Below, in pieces: positions 1 to 19,492 of a stretch of DNA of 64,000 nt. A model generated the notes under the pieces. It was given only the letters and a program-made list of their open reading frames with translations, was not told where the DNA came from and did no database searches. The translations under genes and the position numbers were made by a program. Source of the stretch: the human T2T-CHM13v2.0 reference genome, Homo sapiens; the NCBI RefSeq assembly GCF_009914755.1, contig NC_060926.1; one strand, written 5' to 3'. Positions within the stretch are counted from its first letter, which is position 1. Each line of letters opens with the position of its first letter.

Positions 1-346
1 TATCCTAAATATTATTTCTATATTTGTTGAAAAAAGAGCAGAGTTTTGTGAGAAAACAGAAAGAAGCAGATAATAAATTATATTTCATTTGTCAGCTGTC
101 CTCCTCATTCTATTTAATACAGGCACAGTTTGGTCTTAATTTAGTTACTTACCCTATGTTGAGTTTTAAAAATGTATTTATAATTAAAATATGGCTTTCT
201 GTATGAAAGTCCCATTTTGGAAATATACTCAGATAGGAAAGAACATTCATTGGATGATTGTCTGACCCAGGAAATAAATTAAATTAAGGAGTATGTATTA
301 TTAGGCTTTGTAAGATACAGGGATAATCTGAGTCAAAAGTAGTTCT

Positions 347-4835
<4,489 letters not shown>

Positions 4836-5092
4836 TGAGAAGAGAAGTTTAGGGAAAAAAAGAGTAAAAAGAAACAAAGAAAGCCTCCAAGAAATATGGG
4901 ACTATGTGAAAAGATCAAATCTACCTCTGATTGGTGTACTTGAAAGTGACGGGGCGAATGGAACCAAGTTGGAAAACACTCTGCAGGATATTATCCGGGA
5001 GAACTTCCCCAACCTAGCAAGGCAGGCCAACATTCAAATTCAGGAAATACAGAGAATGCCACACAGATACTCCTCAGGAAGAGCAACTCCAA
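4836..5092 (+). mobile_element. Inverted 5' segment (ORF1 fragment) of the same L1 insertion
   Basis: Plus-strand ORF1 peptide ...GTKLENTLQDIIRENFPNLARQANIQIQEIQR.... TSD caaaagtaRttct at 334-346 and 5090-5102 brackets both parts. Confidence 0.92.
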
Positions 5093-5142
5093 AAGTAATT
5101 CTAATTAGTAGAATTTATCAGGAATGGACCAGAGCAGACTCT

Positions 5143-5143
<1 letters not shown>

Positions 5144-5186
<43 letters not shown>
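5144..5186. repeat. poly(T)43 run
   Basis: Uninterrupted T run read directly. Confidence 0.95.
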
Positions 5187-5190
<4 letters not shown>

Positions 5191-5879
5191 AACCTAGCTA
5201 TTTCTGCAACAAGAGATTAGAAAGAGTAAGAAAAGGCAAAAGAAAGATATATAGAAGGAAATCCCTAGTATGCCAAGAAGAGCAAAGGTGATTCCCTGGA
5301 ACTGTAAAACAGATGTAGTGTATTTGACTTTTCCTTTTTGGCTTTTGCTTGAATGGATGAATTAGGCTTCACAATACTAAGTGACAAGCTATTAGGTTTT
5401 CTTCATTAAAGAGCTTGAACTATAGATTATTATTTTTCCAATTTATATTTTGGAACTTATAAAGTCAACATAGTTAAATACACTTCTGAAAAGAGACTTT
5501 TCTGTGAATTTTACATTTTACTATATTTTTCCAATAACTATAAAGAAGCAACTTCATATTGTGTTTCTAAAAGTAAATCTGAGAATACACGTAGAAACAT
5601 TTCGGCTGAAGAGAACAACTATGAAAGAGATATTTCAAGAGAATGAAAAATATTTTTTGTTTGTCTGAAAGTGAATAATGTGAAGGTGCTTTATAGGGCC
5701 CTGTATATTTTACATTTTAATAATAATAAAGACAATAGCTAAAAGTAAATGAGCTCCGTAATTTGCTTGGTGATTTCTATATAAGTCTTCTTTTATGTAA
5801 AACACAAAACAAAACATAACCCAAAAAATCTATGCAAAATATACCAGGATATATCTTTTTTTTTTTTTGGTTCTACTAC

Positions 5880-6248
5880 TGTATTAGTTCATTTTCACGC
5901 TGCTGATAAAGATATACCCGAGACTGGGATATTTACAAAAGACGAGGTTTTATTGGACTTACAGTTCTGTATGGCTGGGGAGGCTTCACAATCATGGTGG
6001 AAGAAAAGGAGGAGAAAGTCACATCTTACGGGGATGGCAGGAGGCAAAAAGAAACCTTGTGCAGGGAAACTGCCATTTTTAAAACCGTGAGATCTCATGA
6101 GACTCATTCAGTACCATGAGAACAGTGAAGGAAAGACCTGACCCCATATTTCAGTCACCTCCCACTGGGTTCTTCTCATGACATGTGGGAATTGTGGGAG
6201 TTACAATTGAAAATGAGATTTGGGTAGGGACATAGCCAAACCATATTA
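5880..6248 (-). mobile_element. THE1B-like MaLR solo LTR
   Basis: Termini tgtattag...ccaaaccatatta; 5-bp TSD actac at 5875-5879 and 6249-6253. Confidence 0.9.
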
Positions 6249-7498
6249 ACTACTATACAAATTAACTATTTAAATTTATTTTTTTAATGTACATTAAAAA
6301 CTGTAAATTTCTTAAGGAGGAAAGAAGAAACTGTTTTTCATTTTCTAGGTGATAAGTTAGGAAACATTAAGAAACAAGCTTGTGATCTTATCCTGATCTC
6401 AAATGACATAAATTTAGACCATATTTCATCTGCTGCCTAAAGTTTCAGCATCCTAGGGAAAGAAAAGAACAGATATTTTAAAAAGAAAATAAGAATAGAA
6501 TTTATATTTCATATGTTAAGTACTAAAACAAAATCTTAGGATCTGCTGACAAGTTAGAGAATGCACAAAGCAATGGCAGATATTTTGAAAAATCTAGAAT
6601 TTAATCTTGACTATTGTGATTTGCATTCTGTAGTTTCATCTAGCTGTGCAAGGAGGGGTAGAAGTGATGTTATTTCAATCAGCTAGTCAATAATATTTAA
6701 AATGGAAATGCATTAGAAGACTATCCCATATGACACTAACCATGGAAAATGAAGAATACGATTAAGAGTAAATATTTAAACTACAGCCCTGGGAATGGAG
6801 ATGGTGGTACTGGGAAAACCCAGCTAAGGGAGAATCACGTGAGTAGAAAGGAAAATAGCTTGTTCTTCTTGTGGGAAATTTTAAATAACTACTTGATTAG
6901 ATTTTTCTTTCTATTTCTGTTTTAATAGGAAATTATTTTGAATAGGATTTAAATTAAGGAAATATTTCTAAACCTCTGATATCAAGAATAAACTAGATAA
7001 AACTAACACAATTATTTTCAGCAAAGAGGAACCAAGAACTTAAAGTCATAAATTAGCTTTTCTTCAGTTGAATGCTGAAGAACTTTCTTTTTTTTTCATC
7101 TAAGATTATGCAGCCAACTCATTTCAAAGGCCATTTAAAAGCAAGATTGGATTTTTGGAAGAAAGAACAGAAATACCCATAGCAGTCTATGATCTTAAAG
7201 GACCAAATAGAGCACAGAAAAGAACATGGCGTGAATTATTCAATTTCAGTTCTGTTGCCACATTCATATTGTCAAAGCTGAACTTTTTACTTAAGATTCT
7301 ACAATACCTTGTAACTATTTAACCAATAAGGATTCTGTTTCCAGGTCTCTAAATACTTGTGAATTGTTAAACCATATATTTATTTGGATTTTTGTGTCCC
7401 TATTCATAATTATAGTATCTGATAGGGTTAACAAATATTTACACTTTTAATAGCAACTATTAAAATATAGTAGGTTTTCAGACTTTCATACATGTGTA

Positions 7499-7549
<51 letters not shown>
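7499..7549. repeat. Compound (CT)n(AT)n microsatellite
   Basis: Read directly. Confidence 0.95.
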
Positions 7550-8368
7550 ATTGTGCCTTATATTTTGTTACAGAATCACTAGAGATATATTCTCAAGTAA
7601 CTTGCTAGTAAGGAGAACAACCTATGAGAGGTGAATATTAAATTTTAGCAATATTTTCTTTACATTAGGGACTAAGTATTGATTTTAGAATTTCTTTCTC
7701 TAAAGATTAATAAAAATTAATAATATTTTGAAAGAGTGTCTCAAAATGATTTACAATCTAATATTTTTTTCTGAGCCACCTTCTCGTTGTTCAGTGTGAG
7801 TGATTGAGATGAATGATTGATATCCAGGTTTCTCTGTTTGCTAGGTAAAAATAAAGAGAAAATTATTTAAATGTATCAAATAGTAAGATTTCTCTAGGTG
7901 ATTCTCCCTGGGTCTGATTCTAACATAAATTAAGTTCCTGCTAAATTACGTTGCAATGTGAGTAATAAATGTTTGTTGATGACTGAGTTCCGTTGTAACT
8001 ACAAATTGCCTGTAACAATGAGCAGAGGGTAAGCTTGGAATTTAAGACATATTGTAGACAAGTGTCTTGAAGAAAGCAAAAAAAAAAAAAAAATTCCTAC
8101 ATTTTAGTGAATGCTGTGACATTTCTCTCTTTGAGAAAAGAGGATATGCTATTATCTTCCTGGGCAAGTTGAGGCAGAATGGGATGCTAATAAGCTCCAG
8201 AGGGGCTTACACTAAGGAGTTGGATTTCAGTTGGAAGAAGGGTTCTAGTGGCTAAAAGGCAATAAGAATATTCCTAAAATATTTTTGTAAGATTGTATAT
8301 TGTCTTGTGAAAAGATGCTATTAATACATTATTAAAGAGAAAAGGAAAGAAAACTTATTTTTGGGAGA

Positions 8369-8512
8369 TAGTATAGCTTAATGAAGAAAACCTAAAGTCA
8401 GAGAGATGCAGGTTCAAGTTTCAGCTCTGCCAATTACTAGTTACGTCGTCTTTGTCAACATTGCCGAGCCTGTTTCTCTGTGAAATGAGGATACTAATAC
8501 CCAGTAGGGTTT
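8369..8512 (+). mobile_element. MIR fragment
   Basis: ggttcaagtttcagctctgcca...tgtgaaatgaggatactaatac resembles the MIR core. Confidence 0.7.
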
Positions 8513-9383
8513 GGGGGACATTCAGAAAAGAGAGGATTGGTTGCAAGGAATGAACATCCCGAAGGATTACAATGAGACAGGGGGAGGCTGCTCATAAAAA
8601 AAAAAAAAAAAAAAAAAAAGATAGAGGATAGAAGTTAGCCTTGGAGGCTATTAAAAGAGAAGCTTAATTATTCATTATGTGTATAAGGAAGGAGTCTTTA
8701 TTCTAGGAATGAAAAATTCAAGAGACCTCAGGGTAGGCAGCTAAGGAAAATTTAAGGAAAGGAACAAAGAAAGCAACACAGAAGAAGAAAAAAACAAAGA
8801 AATGAATGAAGTATATAGTTTTCTCAGTATTGAATAAAGCCAAATAAATTAATTATTAAATTACATAATATCTCCTTCTCATTATTGTTTAAACAGAAGA
8901 TTTATTTATAGTTATTTGAATTGCTTTGAAGGGTTGGTTTTAGAATAAGTTCCAGGGGCAATTGGAGTTAAAAAATATTATTAAAATTATTAAACTATTC
9001 CAGAGCACAGAAAATAAACACAACTTCAAAAATATTGAATAAATGTATTAATGTGCCAAGTGATCAATATAATACAGAATGGAAAACAAAGGACTGTGTA
9101 ACTTTGTCTGTTAACCTAGATGTAAACATTTAAATAAAAGTTTAACATATTAATCTAATAGTATAAAAATAAGAATTCAACGTGCTTGGTTGGATTTTGT
9201 TACAGACATATCGGGTGGTTGTAAACAGGAGATTGTATTTATGTAATTTTTATATCAATGTGTTAAAGGAGAAAAATATGTTTATATAAAAGAGTCTGGA
9301 AAGAAATAATGATTATTTCATAATGGAAAAAAAGCAATGTCACTGACACTATGATCATTCAACATTTTTTTAAAATAAATTAA

Positions 9384-9557
9384 TTTTTTTTAGTTTTAGG
9401 GATTAGGCCTCACTCTCTTGCCCAGGCTGGAGTGAAGTGGCGCAGTGGCACAGTCATAGCTCACTCTAACCTTGAACTAACTCCTCAACTCAACTGATCC
9501 TCCTGCCTCAGCCTGCCAAGCAGCTGGGATTATAGACATGAGCCACCTTGCCCAGCT
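9384..9557 (-). mobile_element. Alu monomer (FRAM/FAM-like)
   Basis: cccaggctggagtg...cctgcctcagcc...gagccaccttgcccagc, a single arm with a T tail. Confidence 0.85.
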
Positions 9558-9569
9558 CAGTATCATTTT

Positions 9570-11040
9570 TCACATTCAAGCTAATGAAATAATTCAATAG
9601 AATTAAACAAATGCTTTTCAAAAATGAAGTTGGAACAATTAGTCATCCATAGACACAAAACAAAATAAACCAGCAGACAAACAAAACTTCATATTAAGCC
9701 TCATGCCATGTGTGAAGATATACAAAAAGTAACTCAAAATAGAGCAGGGAGGAATATGTGAAATAAAACTATAACATTTTTTAGGAAAAAGCCATAGGAG
9801 AAAGTTTCAAGACCAAGAAATAGGTGAAACATTGTTAGACTTGACAGCAAAAGCACGATTCATAAAAGGAAAAATTGATTACCTGGATCTCATAAATATT
9901 GATACCTTTTTCTCCACAAAACATTTTCTAAAGAGGGTGAAAAGACAACTTACAGACTGGAGGGAAATATTTGAAATTCACGTATCTGACAAAGCATTTG
10001 TATTTAGAATAGACGAAGAACTCATCAAATGCAGCATTAAACAAACACACCAACGAAATAATTCAGTTAGAAAGTGGGCGAATGACATGAACAGCTATTT
10101 CACTGAAGACTATATGGGAATCATAAATAAGCACATTAAATGATGTTCAACCTCATTAGCTACTAGAGAAATGCAAATTAAACCACAAGGGGATATCACT
10201 ACACGTATATAAGAATAGCCATTTTTTTTTAATGACATCAAATGCTGCCGAAGATGCAGAGAAACTGGATCATTTATACATTGCTGGTGAGAATGTAAAA
10301 TGGTAAAACTACTGTAAAAAAGCATATGGAATTTTTAAATAAAACTGTAATGTGTTTACATTTGACCCAGCAACTGCATATTTGGGCATTTGTCTTGGAG
10401 AAAAGAAAATGTATGTTTGTACAAAAATCTATAAAAAAATGTTTATAGTAACTTTATTTTTAATATCCCCAAACCAGAAATAACAATAACTCAAATGTTC
10501 TTCAATGAGTGAAGAGTTAAAGAATGGTCTCTCAATACCCTGGAATATTACTCAGCCATCAAAAGTGATAGATTATTTATACATTCAACAACTTGAATGG
10601 ATCTCAAGGGAATTATTCTGAGTGATAAAAGCCAGTCCAAAAGCTTAGGTATGGTATGATTGTGATTATATAGCATTCTTAAAATTACAAAATTTTAAAA
10701 ATGGAGAACAGAGTAGTGGTTGGTTGCCAAGGGATTGGGTGGGGGACTGTTAATGAAAGAGTGGCAGAAGAGATCCTAGTGATGGAACTGTTCTTGACTG
10801 TGGTGCTGGTCACCTGTGATGCAGTTGCGTAGAACTAAACACGCAAGAATGCACGTGAATAAATGAATACATGTAAAACTGCAGAAATCTGAGTAAGGTT
10901 GATGGAGTATATCAATGTCAGTTTCTTTTCGTGATATTATTATGCAGGATGTTACTTGTCATTGAGAGAAACTGAATGAAGAGTACACAGACTTTCTCTG
11001 TAATATTTCTTGCAACTTCATATGAATCTTCAATTACCTG
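9570..11040 (+). mobile_element. L1MD/L1MC-type 3' fragment (ORF2 C-terminus and 3'UTR)
   Basis: ORF 9832-10143 resembles the ORF2 region KIDKWDLIK...[13 protein letters not shown]; old L1M-type 3'UTR follows. Confidence 0.8.
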
Positions 11041-12194
11041 GGAAGCAAATGCATACATAGTATAATTAGTTGCTTAAAATTTGGAAAAGAAAGAAAAAAG
11101 TAATATGTTTACAGATGCTATAATTTAATATGTAGAAAATAAAAACTCATAATTGAAATGTTTAAGAAAATGTGATATGGTGTAATCATTAATCTTATAG
11201 GTATAAAAATAATTTAGAATGGGAATGGGAAATATTCTGTTCACAATACCAAACTATATATACTTTGCACTAAATTCAATTGGAAGGGCAAAGGACTTAT
11301 ATAAAAAATCAAAGATAAAATAGTATTAATGTACATAAAATGAGGATGGAATATTTCTGAATGAAAAGCCTTAATATTGTGAAATGTTTAAAATTTTCCA
11401 GTTTTCACTGTTGTGTGTATGTATATTATATATAGTGTTATTTTAATAAAATTTCTATTTGAGTTGTAATATGATTTTAAAGCTCACATGAAAGATACCA
11501 TGTTTGAAAATTACCAAATTATTATTTTAAAATTTATTTGAAAATAAGATTATTTGGTGTGGTGGACTTACAGCCTTTTTTTTAAGTTAACATCTTCCTA
11601 AAAAATGTAAATGAAATATGTGGAACTCATTAGGAACAAACTAAATGTTTTTGGAAGACAAACAGATGCATGCATATAAAAGAAATTTATATATATAATA
11701 CAGTTAATTTTTTAAATTTAATAGATAAGGATCATTTAAGTTTGTTAGCATAATTTCTCTCACTGAAATAAGTACATGCCTACCTCCCACCTTTACCTAT
11801 GTAAATTTATTGTATCAAATAAGTCAATGTTTATCAAATATAGATGATAAAATATAATTCTCTAAAAATTGAAGGGATCTGATTAGACAAAATAATGGTA
11901 AATTTACGTGATAGGGAAATTTAAAAATTTTGAAACTTATCTATATCAAACTTTTGTTTTATTGAGATACCTCATAGAATAAATATATTTCTGAAACCCT
12001 AATAAAATTAGCTCATCTGACTAAAATCCCATACTTTTATGATGGAAGCTGAATTCTGGAATTAAGATATTTTTTCGCTTGTGAAACAAAAAGCACTTAT
12101 CCTTTTATCGCAAATGTTCTTCCTCCTTCTCCTGCCCCTAGTATTCCCTTCCTCTGCCTTTTGAAACATGTAATACCCAGGGTTTTTTTAATAG

Positions 12195-13010
12195 TTTTTT
12201 TTTATAATAGATTATTTTTCAGAGAAATTTTATATTCACAGCAAAATTGAGTGAAAGGTACAGGAATTTCCCATATTCTCTTCCCCCTGACCCCCCTGTG
12301 CCTGATACAGACCATGCATAGCTTCCCCAATTATCAACATCCCGCACCAGAGTGGCACAATTGCTATCACTCATGAACCTATATTGACACATCATTGTCA
12401 CCCAAGGTCTGTTTGGATTCACTTTCCAGTGGATTGTGTTGTATGGGTTTGGACAAGTAAATAAAGACATGTATCCACCATTGTAGAATCATATGGAATA
12501 ACTTCACCACCCTACAAATTCTCTATGTTCACCTGCTCATTCCTTCCCTCGCAATTCCTAGCAACCACTGCTATTTTTACTGTCTCTATAGTTTTGCTTT
12601 TTCAAAATGTCATGTAGTTGAGATTATATACTATGTAGCCTTTTCTTATTGGCTTCTTTCACTTCATAATATGCATTTAAGTTTCCTCCATATCTTTTCA
12701 TGGCTTGATAGCTCATTTTTTTAGCACAGAATAATAACTCATTAAAAAAATGTATCTATTTAGCCATTCACCTATTGAAGGACATCTTGGTTGCTTCCAA
12801 ATTTTGGCAATTATTAATAAAGCTGCTATAAATGTTTGTGTGTAGGTTTTTCTGTGTTAATATGTTTTCACCTCCTTTTGGGTAAATACAAAGGAGCCTG
12901 ATTACTGGATTGTATGATAATAATTTGTTTAGTTTTATAAGAAAATGCCAGATTATTTTCCAAAGTGACTGTACCATTTTGCATTCTTACCCAGGAATTA
13001 GTGAGAGTTG
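12195..13010 (-). mobile_element. L1MC1/2-like 3' end
   Basis: ttcacagcaaaattgagtgaaaggtacaggaatttcccatat matches the L1MC 3' end; minus ORF 12768-12977 resembles the ORF2 C-terminus. Confidence 0.8.
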
Positions 13011-13113
13011 GTCATTTTATGTTTAAGTGAGGCCTTCTCTGATTTTTTCTGTGAGACATTTCCTTTCTTCAAACTCATTTAGCACTCTCTATCCTTATAC
13101 TGACATCTATTAT

Positions 13114-13444
<331 letters not shown>

Positions 13445-14747
13445 TGACATCTATTATATGTTTTGTTAAGCATGTGCAAACCCCTCAGGGCAGGACAGAG
13501 ATATGTCTCCTATCCTTTACAGTACTGCACTTGTTGCCTTGAAATTTTTTAATGAAACTAGAAAATTTGTGAATGAATTAAGAAATTCTGGTGTGTCAGA
13601 CTGCCAGGCAAATGATCAAATATATATCATCACCTAACAGCATTTCGTTTTGCAAAGCTCTATACAATTACAATGTCTTATGCTAAAATTATAATCAAAC
13701 AATACTCACTATTTTTACTATAATTTTTTTTCCATTTTTTCTTGGCAGTTATTTTATGGGTTAAATGCATGATTGATTTATGTGAAAGGGAATTGCATTT
13801 GACGTTATTGACTCTTTGCCCCAGCCTTTTCAGCTAGAAAAAAGCAAAGCTCTTGCTGTAACAAGTGCTGAACCTTTTCAGAATAAAATCTAATGAGGTT
13901 AGTATATATCCTTGACATTTTATTTTCAACCGAAGTGAAGGTCATAGCTGAAAGGTCACAAAGATGAATTTATACAGCAAATAAACAATGTTATTATTTT
14001 GCAAAGAAAATGCAATATTCCTGTCTTTAGCCTCTTGCATGTAAAAGGGTGTTTGTAATGCTGATTTTAGTATTCAAGTCCTGTTATCTTTTCATTTCTT
14101 ATATTTTGGAATGTAGAAAGAGGAATACACCTAGCTTATCTATAAAAGACTAGTATGAAATGTGTGTATTATCATTAATATTCTAGTATTTTATTATTTG
14201 AACTTTACATTTAAGTCAAATCTACTTTGTATTTGTTGGGTACTAATTTTTTTGGTGGAAGTAGGTAATTACTCTATTTCCTTGGTAAACTTCTTTCTGA
14301 CTTGAGAGTTTAGTCATACATAAGTCCCTCAAGTCTACCATCTTTGGTTTTTAACAACAAAACTGTACATTTCCAATGAAAGAATATATCAACATAAGTT
14401 TGGAAAATAAGGGGCTGAATTATAGTTAAATGGTAGAAAATCTGCCTTTTTGGGCACAATGTACAACAGGAATTCTTAACTGCTTTCATATTATATTACT
14501 AATACGTAACATGGGATTGCTCTATTAAATTTGTACCAGATCAAGACAATTTTAATAGTAAAAATAGTTTCATTTATTTAAAAAGTCATTAAACAAAGTT
14601 CAAATGCCAAAAACCATGTCAAAATGGTCACTTTATATTGTTATGTAGTTAATATATTTTAGAGCAAATATTCCAAATTTTGTAATTTGCTCCTTTTAAA
14701 AAACAAGCATAAGATAGGCATCTAACCTAGAATTTCCTTTATTTTAG

Positions 14748-14843
14748 ATGAACTCACAAATTCGTCAGAAACCAGATTGTCTTTGGAAGACCTCTTTAGG
14801 AAAGACTTTGTGCTTCACGATCCAGAGGCTCGGTGGATCAATG
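14748..14843 (+). CDS. DPP10: Internal coding exon of DPP10 (inactive dipeptidyl peptidase 10, Kv4 channel accessory subunit); probably exon 3
   Basis: Acceptor tttcctttattttAG ends at 14747, branch-like tctaac at 14721-14726, donor ATG|gtaagt at 14844. The 96 nt read in phase 1 give (D)ELTNSSETRLSLEDLFRKDFVLHDPEARWIN(D), recognised as DPP10 just after its transmembrane segment. Exon number is from memory. Confidence 0.96.
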
Positions 14844-14903
14844 GTAAGTGTATACCTTTTTAAACATTGTATTCATTTTGAGTTCTGTATAATTAAAATT
14901 TTA

Positions 14904-15185
<282 letters not shown>

Positions 15186-17639
15186 CTAAGATAGGGCGTC
15201 AATAAATTATTTGGCAAACATTGGGTTGACAGTTTTGTATCTGCTGCTCTCTCATGATCATTAGTTACATGACTTTAAGGATGTATTACATCTCTAGCAC
15301 ATCACTAGATAATTTTTCTTAGTTTGGCAGTGTACATTTTGGGAGCTAGTACGTAGAAATGTTAAGTGCTTCAGATTTGACAATATGATTGGTTTTTGTT
15401 ATTCTCTGTGGCTTTTCTTTTTAAGCTTAAGTGTTACAAGCTAGTGAGACTCTATGCAAAATTGAAATGACTTGGAAATATATGGCACTTTGTTGTTTTT
15501 TTTTCTGGCCTGGCAAATAGGACTCCTTAGGTTCTCTTAAGTCAATCTCTGACATAAAAATAAGAAAATAAAACCACTGAGTGGCTTCATAGGTTTTGCT
15601 TTGTCTTTATGGAAGATCATAAGGGCATAATGTGTTGGTGAAAAGGAAATCAGTTTTTTAATCCTTTGAATGTTCTAATTTGACCAACCATACGAATCAT
15701 TATGGTTGGATAGCTGTTAATCTTTACCCTTCACTTTATTTGGGCATAATATCTTTGCTAATTTTCAAGGCATAGAGTGTATTATTTGTATAATAGATGA
15801 AAGGAGCTTTGCCTTTTCATATAATAAAGATCATCATACTTACAGTCCATTCCTTCCTCTCTCTTACTCTACTTAAGTGTATTTATGCTGGTGAATTAAA
15901 CTTTAATTTATGGAAGCTATATAAAGAGAATGTAATTTAACCCATGAGGGCAAAGGCCAAATCACATGTGTTTACTTGACACTGATATGTCTCCTGGAGA
16001 TCTGCAGGCACTCGAGATTGGTTTTTTGAATAAATGAATGAATGATTTTAATTGATGTGCAGTCTCATTTTCACATAAACTTAAATTTTAATTGAAATCA
16101 ATTGGAAGATAAGTGTGTATTGTGATGATATTACGGATAAAGAACACAAGGTAGCATTTTTCTTAATGAATCTGTATATTTTTATTTTGAATTGTTTATA
16201 AATTTGAGGCTAGTCATATTTTTGCCTTTGTACTGTGATTATTTCACATATACACTATAATGAGTGCTATGACTAAAGAAGGCTAATAAAAAAGATATAT
16301 TATCACAAAAAATTGTCCAAATACACAAATCTCTCATAAATAATTCTTCTAATGTGTGATTATAATTATGACAATCACCTGTTTACTCTTTAGCAAATAT
16401 TTTCTATTGAGAGAAATGACAAAATGAAAGTTGCTAGGTTTTTTTAAACGGTAGTATTATGAGTTGTTAGATTTGAAATGCTGAATAATCTTGTTTTATT
16501 CACCATGTTTTTGGACAAATTATAGACATTTTGTAGTCTTTGACTTTGGAAAACATGAAAAATTATGGGTCTCATTTCCCTTCTCAGGTTAGCTTGGACT
16601 ATTTAGAGGCATTTACTCCTGTGTATAACTGACTCTGTGATATTGAAGCTCCGAAGGACAGGACAGATATTTAAGTAGTGAACTGCATGCTAAATTAAAA
16701 CATATTTCAATATGTAGGACACAGATTCTACTCTTATACTTCATAGGTTACCAAAATAATATATTTGGAGTTTATCATTTTTCAAGTAATTTCTTTATTA
16801 ATCATTGGTTAAATTTGATCCTAAGAAGGCATCTGAGACAAAGCTGCAGTGTTATTATAATGTTCTAAGTAATACCTAAATATATAATTTTTATAAAGAA
16901 TTTGACATAAAGACAACTCTTTAAATTGGAATAAACAGAACCTAAGCTCTGAAAGAATGCAGTCTTTATAAATACCATTGAAGGAACTGTCTCAATGCCT
17001 GTAAATTGTGTGCACTGAGTTACTTTTTAAGTATAGAAATGGATTTGTGCTTTTATCCAACCCAGATCTTTCTGGCAAGTGCTAGATACTTGGCCTATTT
17101 ACGTATTCCTCACATAGCCTGGAAATTCAATGGGAAATATATGAGTAGGATGTGTAACCTTGGCCTCATTATCAACAGTTATATCTAAATGTAACCTGTG
17201 AGCTTTTTCTTTATTCTCAAGTGATATCTCAACAGGTTTTCTTAGTACATAAGTCACTTGAAGGAGTTCGAGCTCAGCTTATTTGGAAGCATCATTTAAT
17301 TCTTGGAGGTCATCATAGAAGTGCTTAATGCATTATTGGTCAAGGGGAAGGAGGGAGTCTAGACGGCCCTGACATGTGTAGGTTATAGTGAGGCGATGCC
17401 ATTCATTATGCTTGGTCTCAAAAAATATGTCTGAGAATATCATTGCAGTCTTGGATGGGTGCCCCTGTTCATGGTTAGCTTAACAACGGCCTTACCCCAA
17501 GTCTGCTCATATCTTTGAAATCTACATTTTTATAGCATCTTCATTCTAGCAATGTCACCTTGAAATTTGAAAACCCATCTTATTTAAAATTATTCATTCT
17601 ATCCACACACATTTGATAATCAATTAATCACCAAAGAAA

Positions 17640-17830
17640 GATCTAACATTGAGTGCCTTCTATTGAGACTCTGTGATCGATGCTTTATGTACATATTTCA
17701 CAGGACTGCATATGACATTAAAGTTAACCCCAGAAAACTGAGGCTTAACTCAGAAACTTATCCGAACACACACCTAATAAAAGGCAGAGGCTGCTTTACT
17801 CATTATGCTTAAGTATAAAACTTGACCTCT
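17640..17830 (-). mobile_element. MIR fragment
   Basis: cattgagtgccttcta...agaaaactgaggctt...ggcagagg resembles antisense MIR. Confidence 0.55.
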
Positions 17831-17922
17831 TTCATTGTTTGACTCTGATGTGTCATCCTCATATCTAACATATTTATCAAGCACCTCACTGACAATCTCA
17901 TTTTAACAGACCTCATTGCTGT

Positions 17923-19135
17923 CGTAGGGTGGAAAGGTATGAAAGCCTTCCTCACCCATCATAAAGGTCACAGCCAACACTGCTGTAACAAAAGACCAGT
18001 TAAAAAGAGAAAAGCATAACAAATTTATTTAATGAAAGTTTTATGTCACTTGGAAGACTTTAGAAATGAAGAATCAAAGGCCTAGGGAAAACTGTCCATT
18101 TGTATGCTTAGGTTAAATAAAGTACGGACAGTGTATTGAAGTGTGACTGGACAAAAAGGGTATACTCTAATGATAATAAAATGAGGGAGAAACCCAGCAA
18201 AGCTTACCTGTTCAGATCCTTCTTGGCCTCCCTGTGTAGCATTTCATCCTGCCAGATATAAGGCAGAACTCCCCCGGAAATAGGGTCTTATGATCTATTA
18301 TCTGAAAGGTAGGTCAGTGCATTTCCTTGTGACAGCTCCTACACAGAAAAGCAGAGGAAGGTTAAAATATTTTTAAATCTTATGGTTTGCTTGGAAAGAG
18401 GGATGCTAGTTTCTTTTATTATTGTTATTATACTTTAAGTTCTAGGGTACAAGTGCAGAACATGCAGGTTTGTTACATAGGTATACATGTGCCATGGTGG
18501 TTTGCTGCACCCATCGTCCCATCATCTACATTAGGCATTTCCCCTAATGCTATCCCTCCCCTAGTCCCCTACCCCCTGACAGGCCCTGGTGTGTGATATT
18601 CCCCTCCCTGTGTCTATGTGTTCTCATTGTGCAACTCCCACTTATGAGTGAGAACGTGCTTTGTTTGTTTTTCTGTCCTTGCGATAGTTTGCTGAGAATG
18701 ATGGTTTCCAGCATCATCCATGTCCCTGCAAAGGACATGAACTCATCCTTTTTTGTGGCTGCATAGTATTCCATGGTATATATGTGCCACATTTTCTTTA
18801 TCCAGTCTACTATTGATGGGCATTTGGGTTGGTTCCAAGTCTTTGCTATTGTGAGTAGTGCTGCAATAAATATACATATGCATGTGTCTTTATAGTAAAA
18901 TGATTTGGGAGTAATGGGATTTCAAGTTTTTGTAACCTTTCCTGGGGTAGAGGAATCTGGTTTCTATTACTTGCTTCAGGGATGGCAGAGAGGTAGGAGA
19001 CAGGAAGGCAGAAGGAGGTCAGATACAGACTTTGCTTCTGAGACTGCTCAGAGGCCTTCCAATATCTTAGTCAGTTCAACGTACTCAGCATGCCACCATG
19101 CCATACTTGGAGGTATCATTTTCTGAGTCCCAACA
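17923..19135 (-). mobile_element. ERV1 solo LTR (MER39/MER34 group) interrupted by an L1PA 3' fragment
   Basis: Termini cgtagggtggaaagg...tatcattttctgagtcccaaca; near-matching 4-bp TSD ctgt/ctat; same family as the LTR at 54891. Confidence 0.75.
18413..18906 (-). mobile_element. 5'-truncated L1PA (about PA6-PA7) 3' end
   Basis: L1 3'UTR plus minus [15 protein letters not shown].... Confidence 0.9.
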
Positions 19136-19416
19136 CTATTAATTTTTTCATGTTGAATACTACAATAATATGTTTATTTCCCCAGGTACATTCATGTAGT
19201 GGTAACTTATACAGTCACTAAAACTAGAGTTTATACACATGTTTATTGACTTGATCATGATCTAGAAAAGTGAACAAAGTAACTTCAAAACAGCATTGAT
19301 AGTATGTGATATCACATTGTCTATTGTGTAACAGTGATTGTCTCCAGATTATCCCTTTCTTTTTACTTATTTTGTTTTTTCTCGATTTTTTTCAATAAAT
19401 GCATGTGTTTACATAG

Positions 19417-19492
19417 TTTTTTTTTATAATTTTAACTTTTTATTTTAGATTTAGGGAGTGCATGTGCAGGTTTGTTACATGGGTATCCTGCA
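19417..19492 (-). mobile_element. Very short older L1PA/L1PB 3' tip
   Basis: ttttattttagatttagggagtgcatgtgcaggtttgttacatgggtat. Confidence 0.7.

Larger units (their letters stand above)
9040..11520 (+). mobile_element. Ancient L1M ORF2 remnant (about 9040-9360 and 11090-11520), interrupted by an Alu monomer and a younger L1
   Basis: Degenerate similarity to the ORF2 [18 protein letters not shown] region, resuming at tttacagatgctataatttaatatgtagaaaat (FADDMIVYLEN-like). Boundaries approximate. Confidence 0.55.

Noticed and set aside
5144-5186. poly(T)43 as an orphan retrotransposon tail
   Set aside because: No TSD or element body is visible, and it lies outside the neighbouring L1's TSD.
13766-14041. 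Two TGCATG (RBFOX) motifs upstream of the exon
   Set aside because: They lie 700-1000 nt from the exon, and the count is compatible with chance without conservation data.
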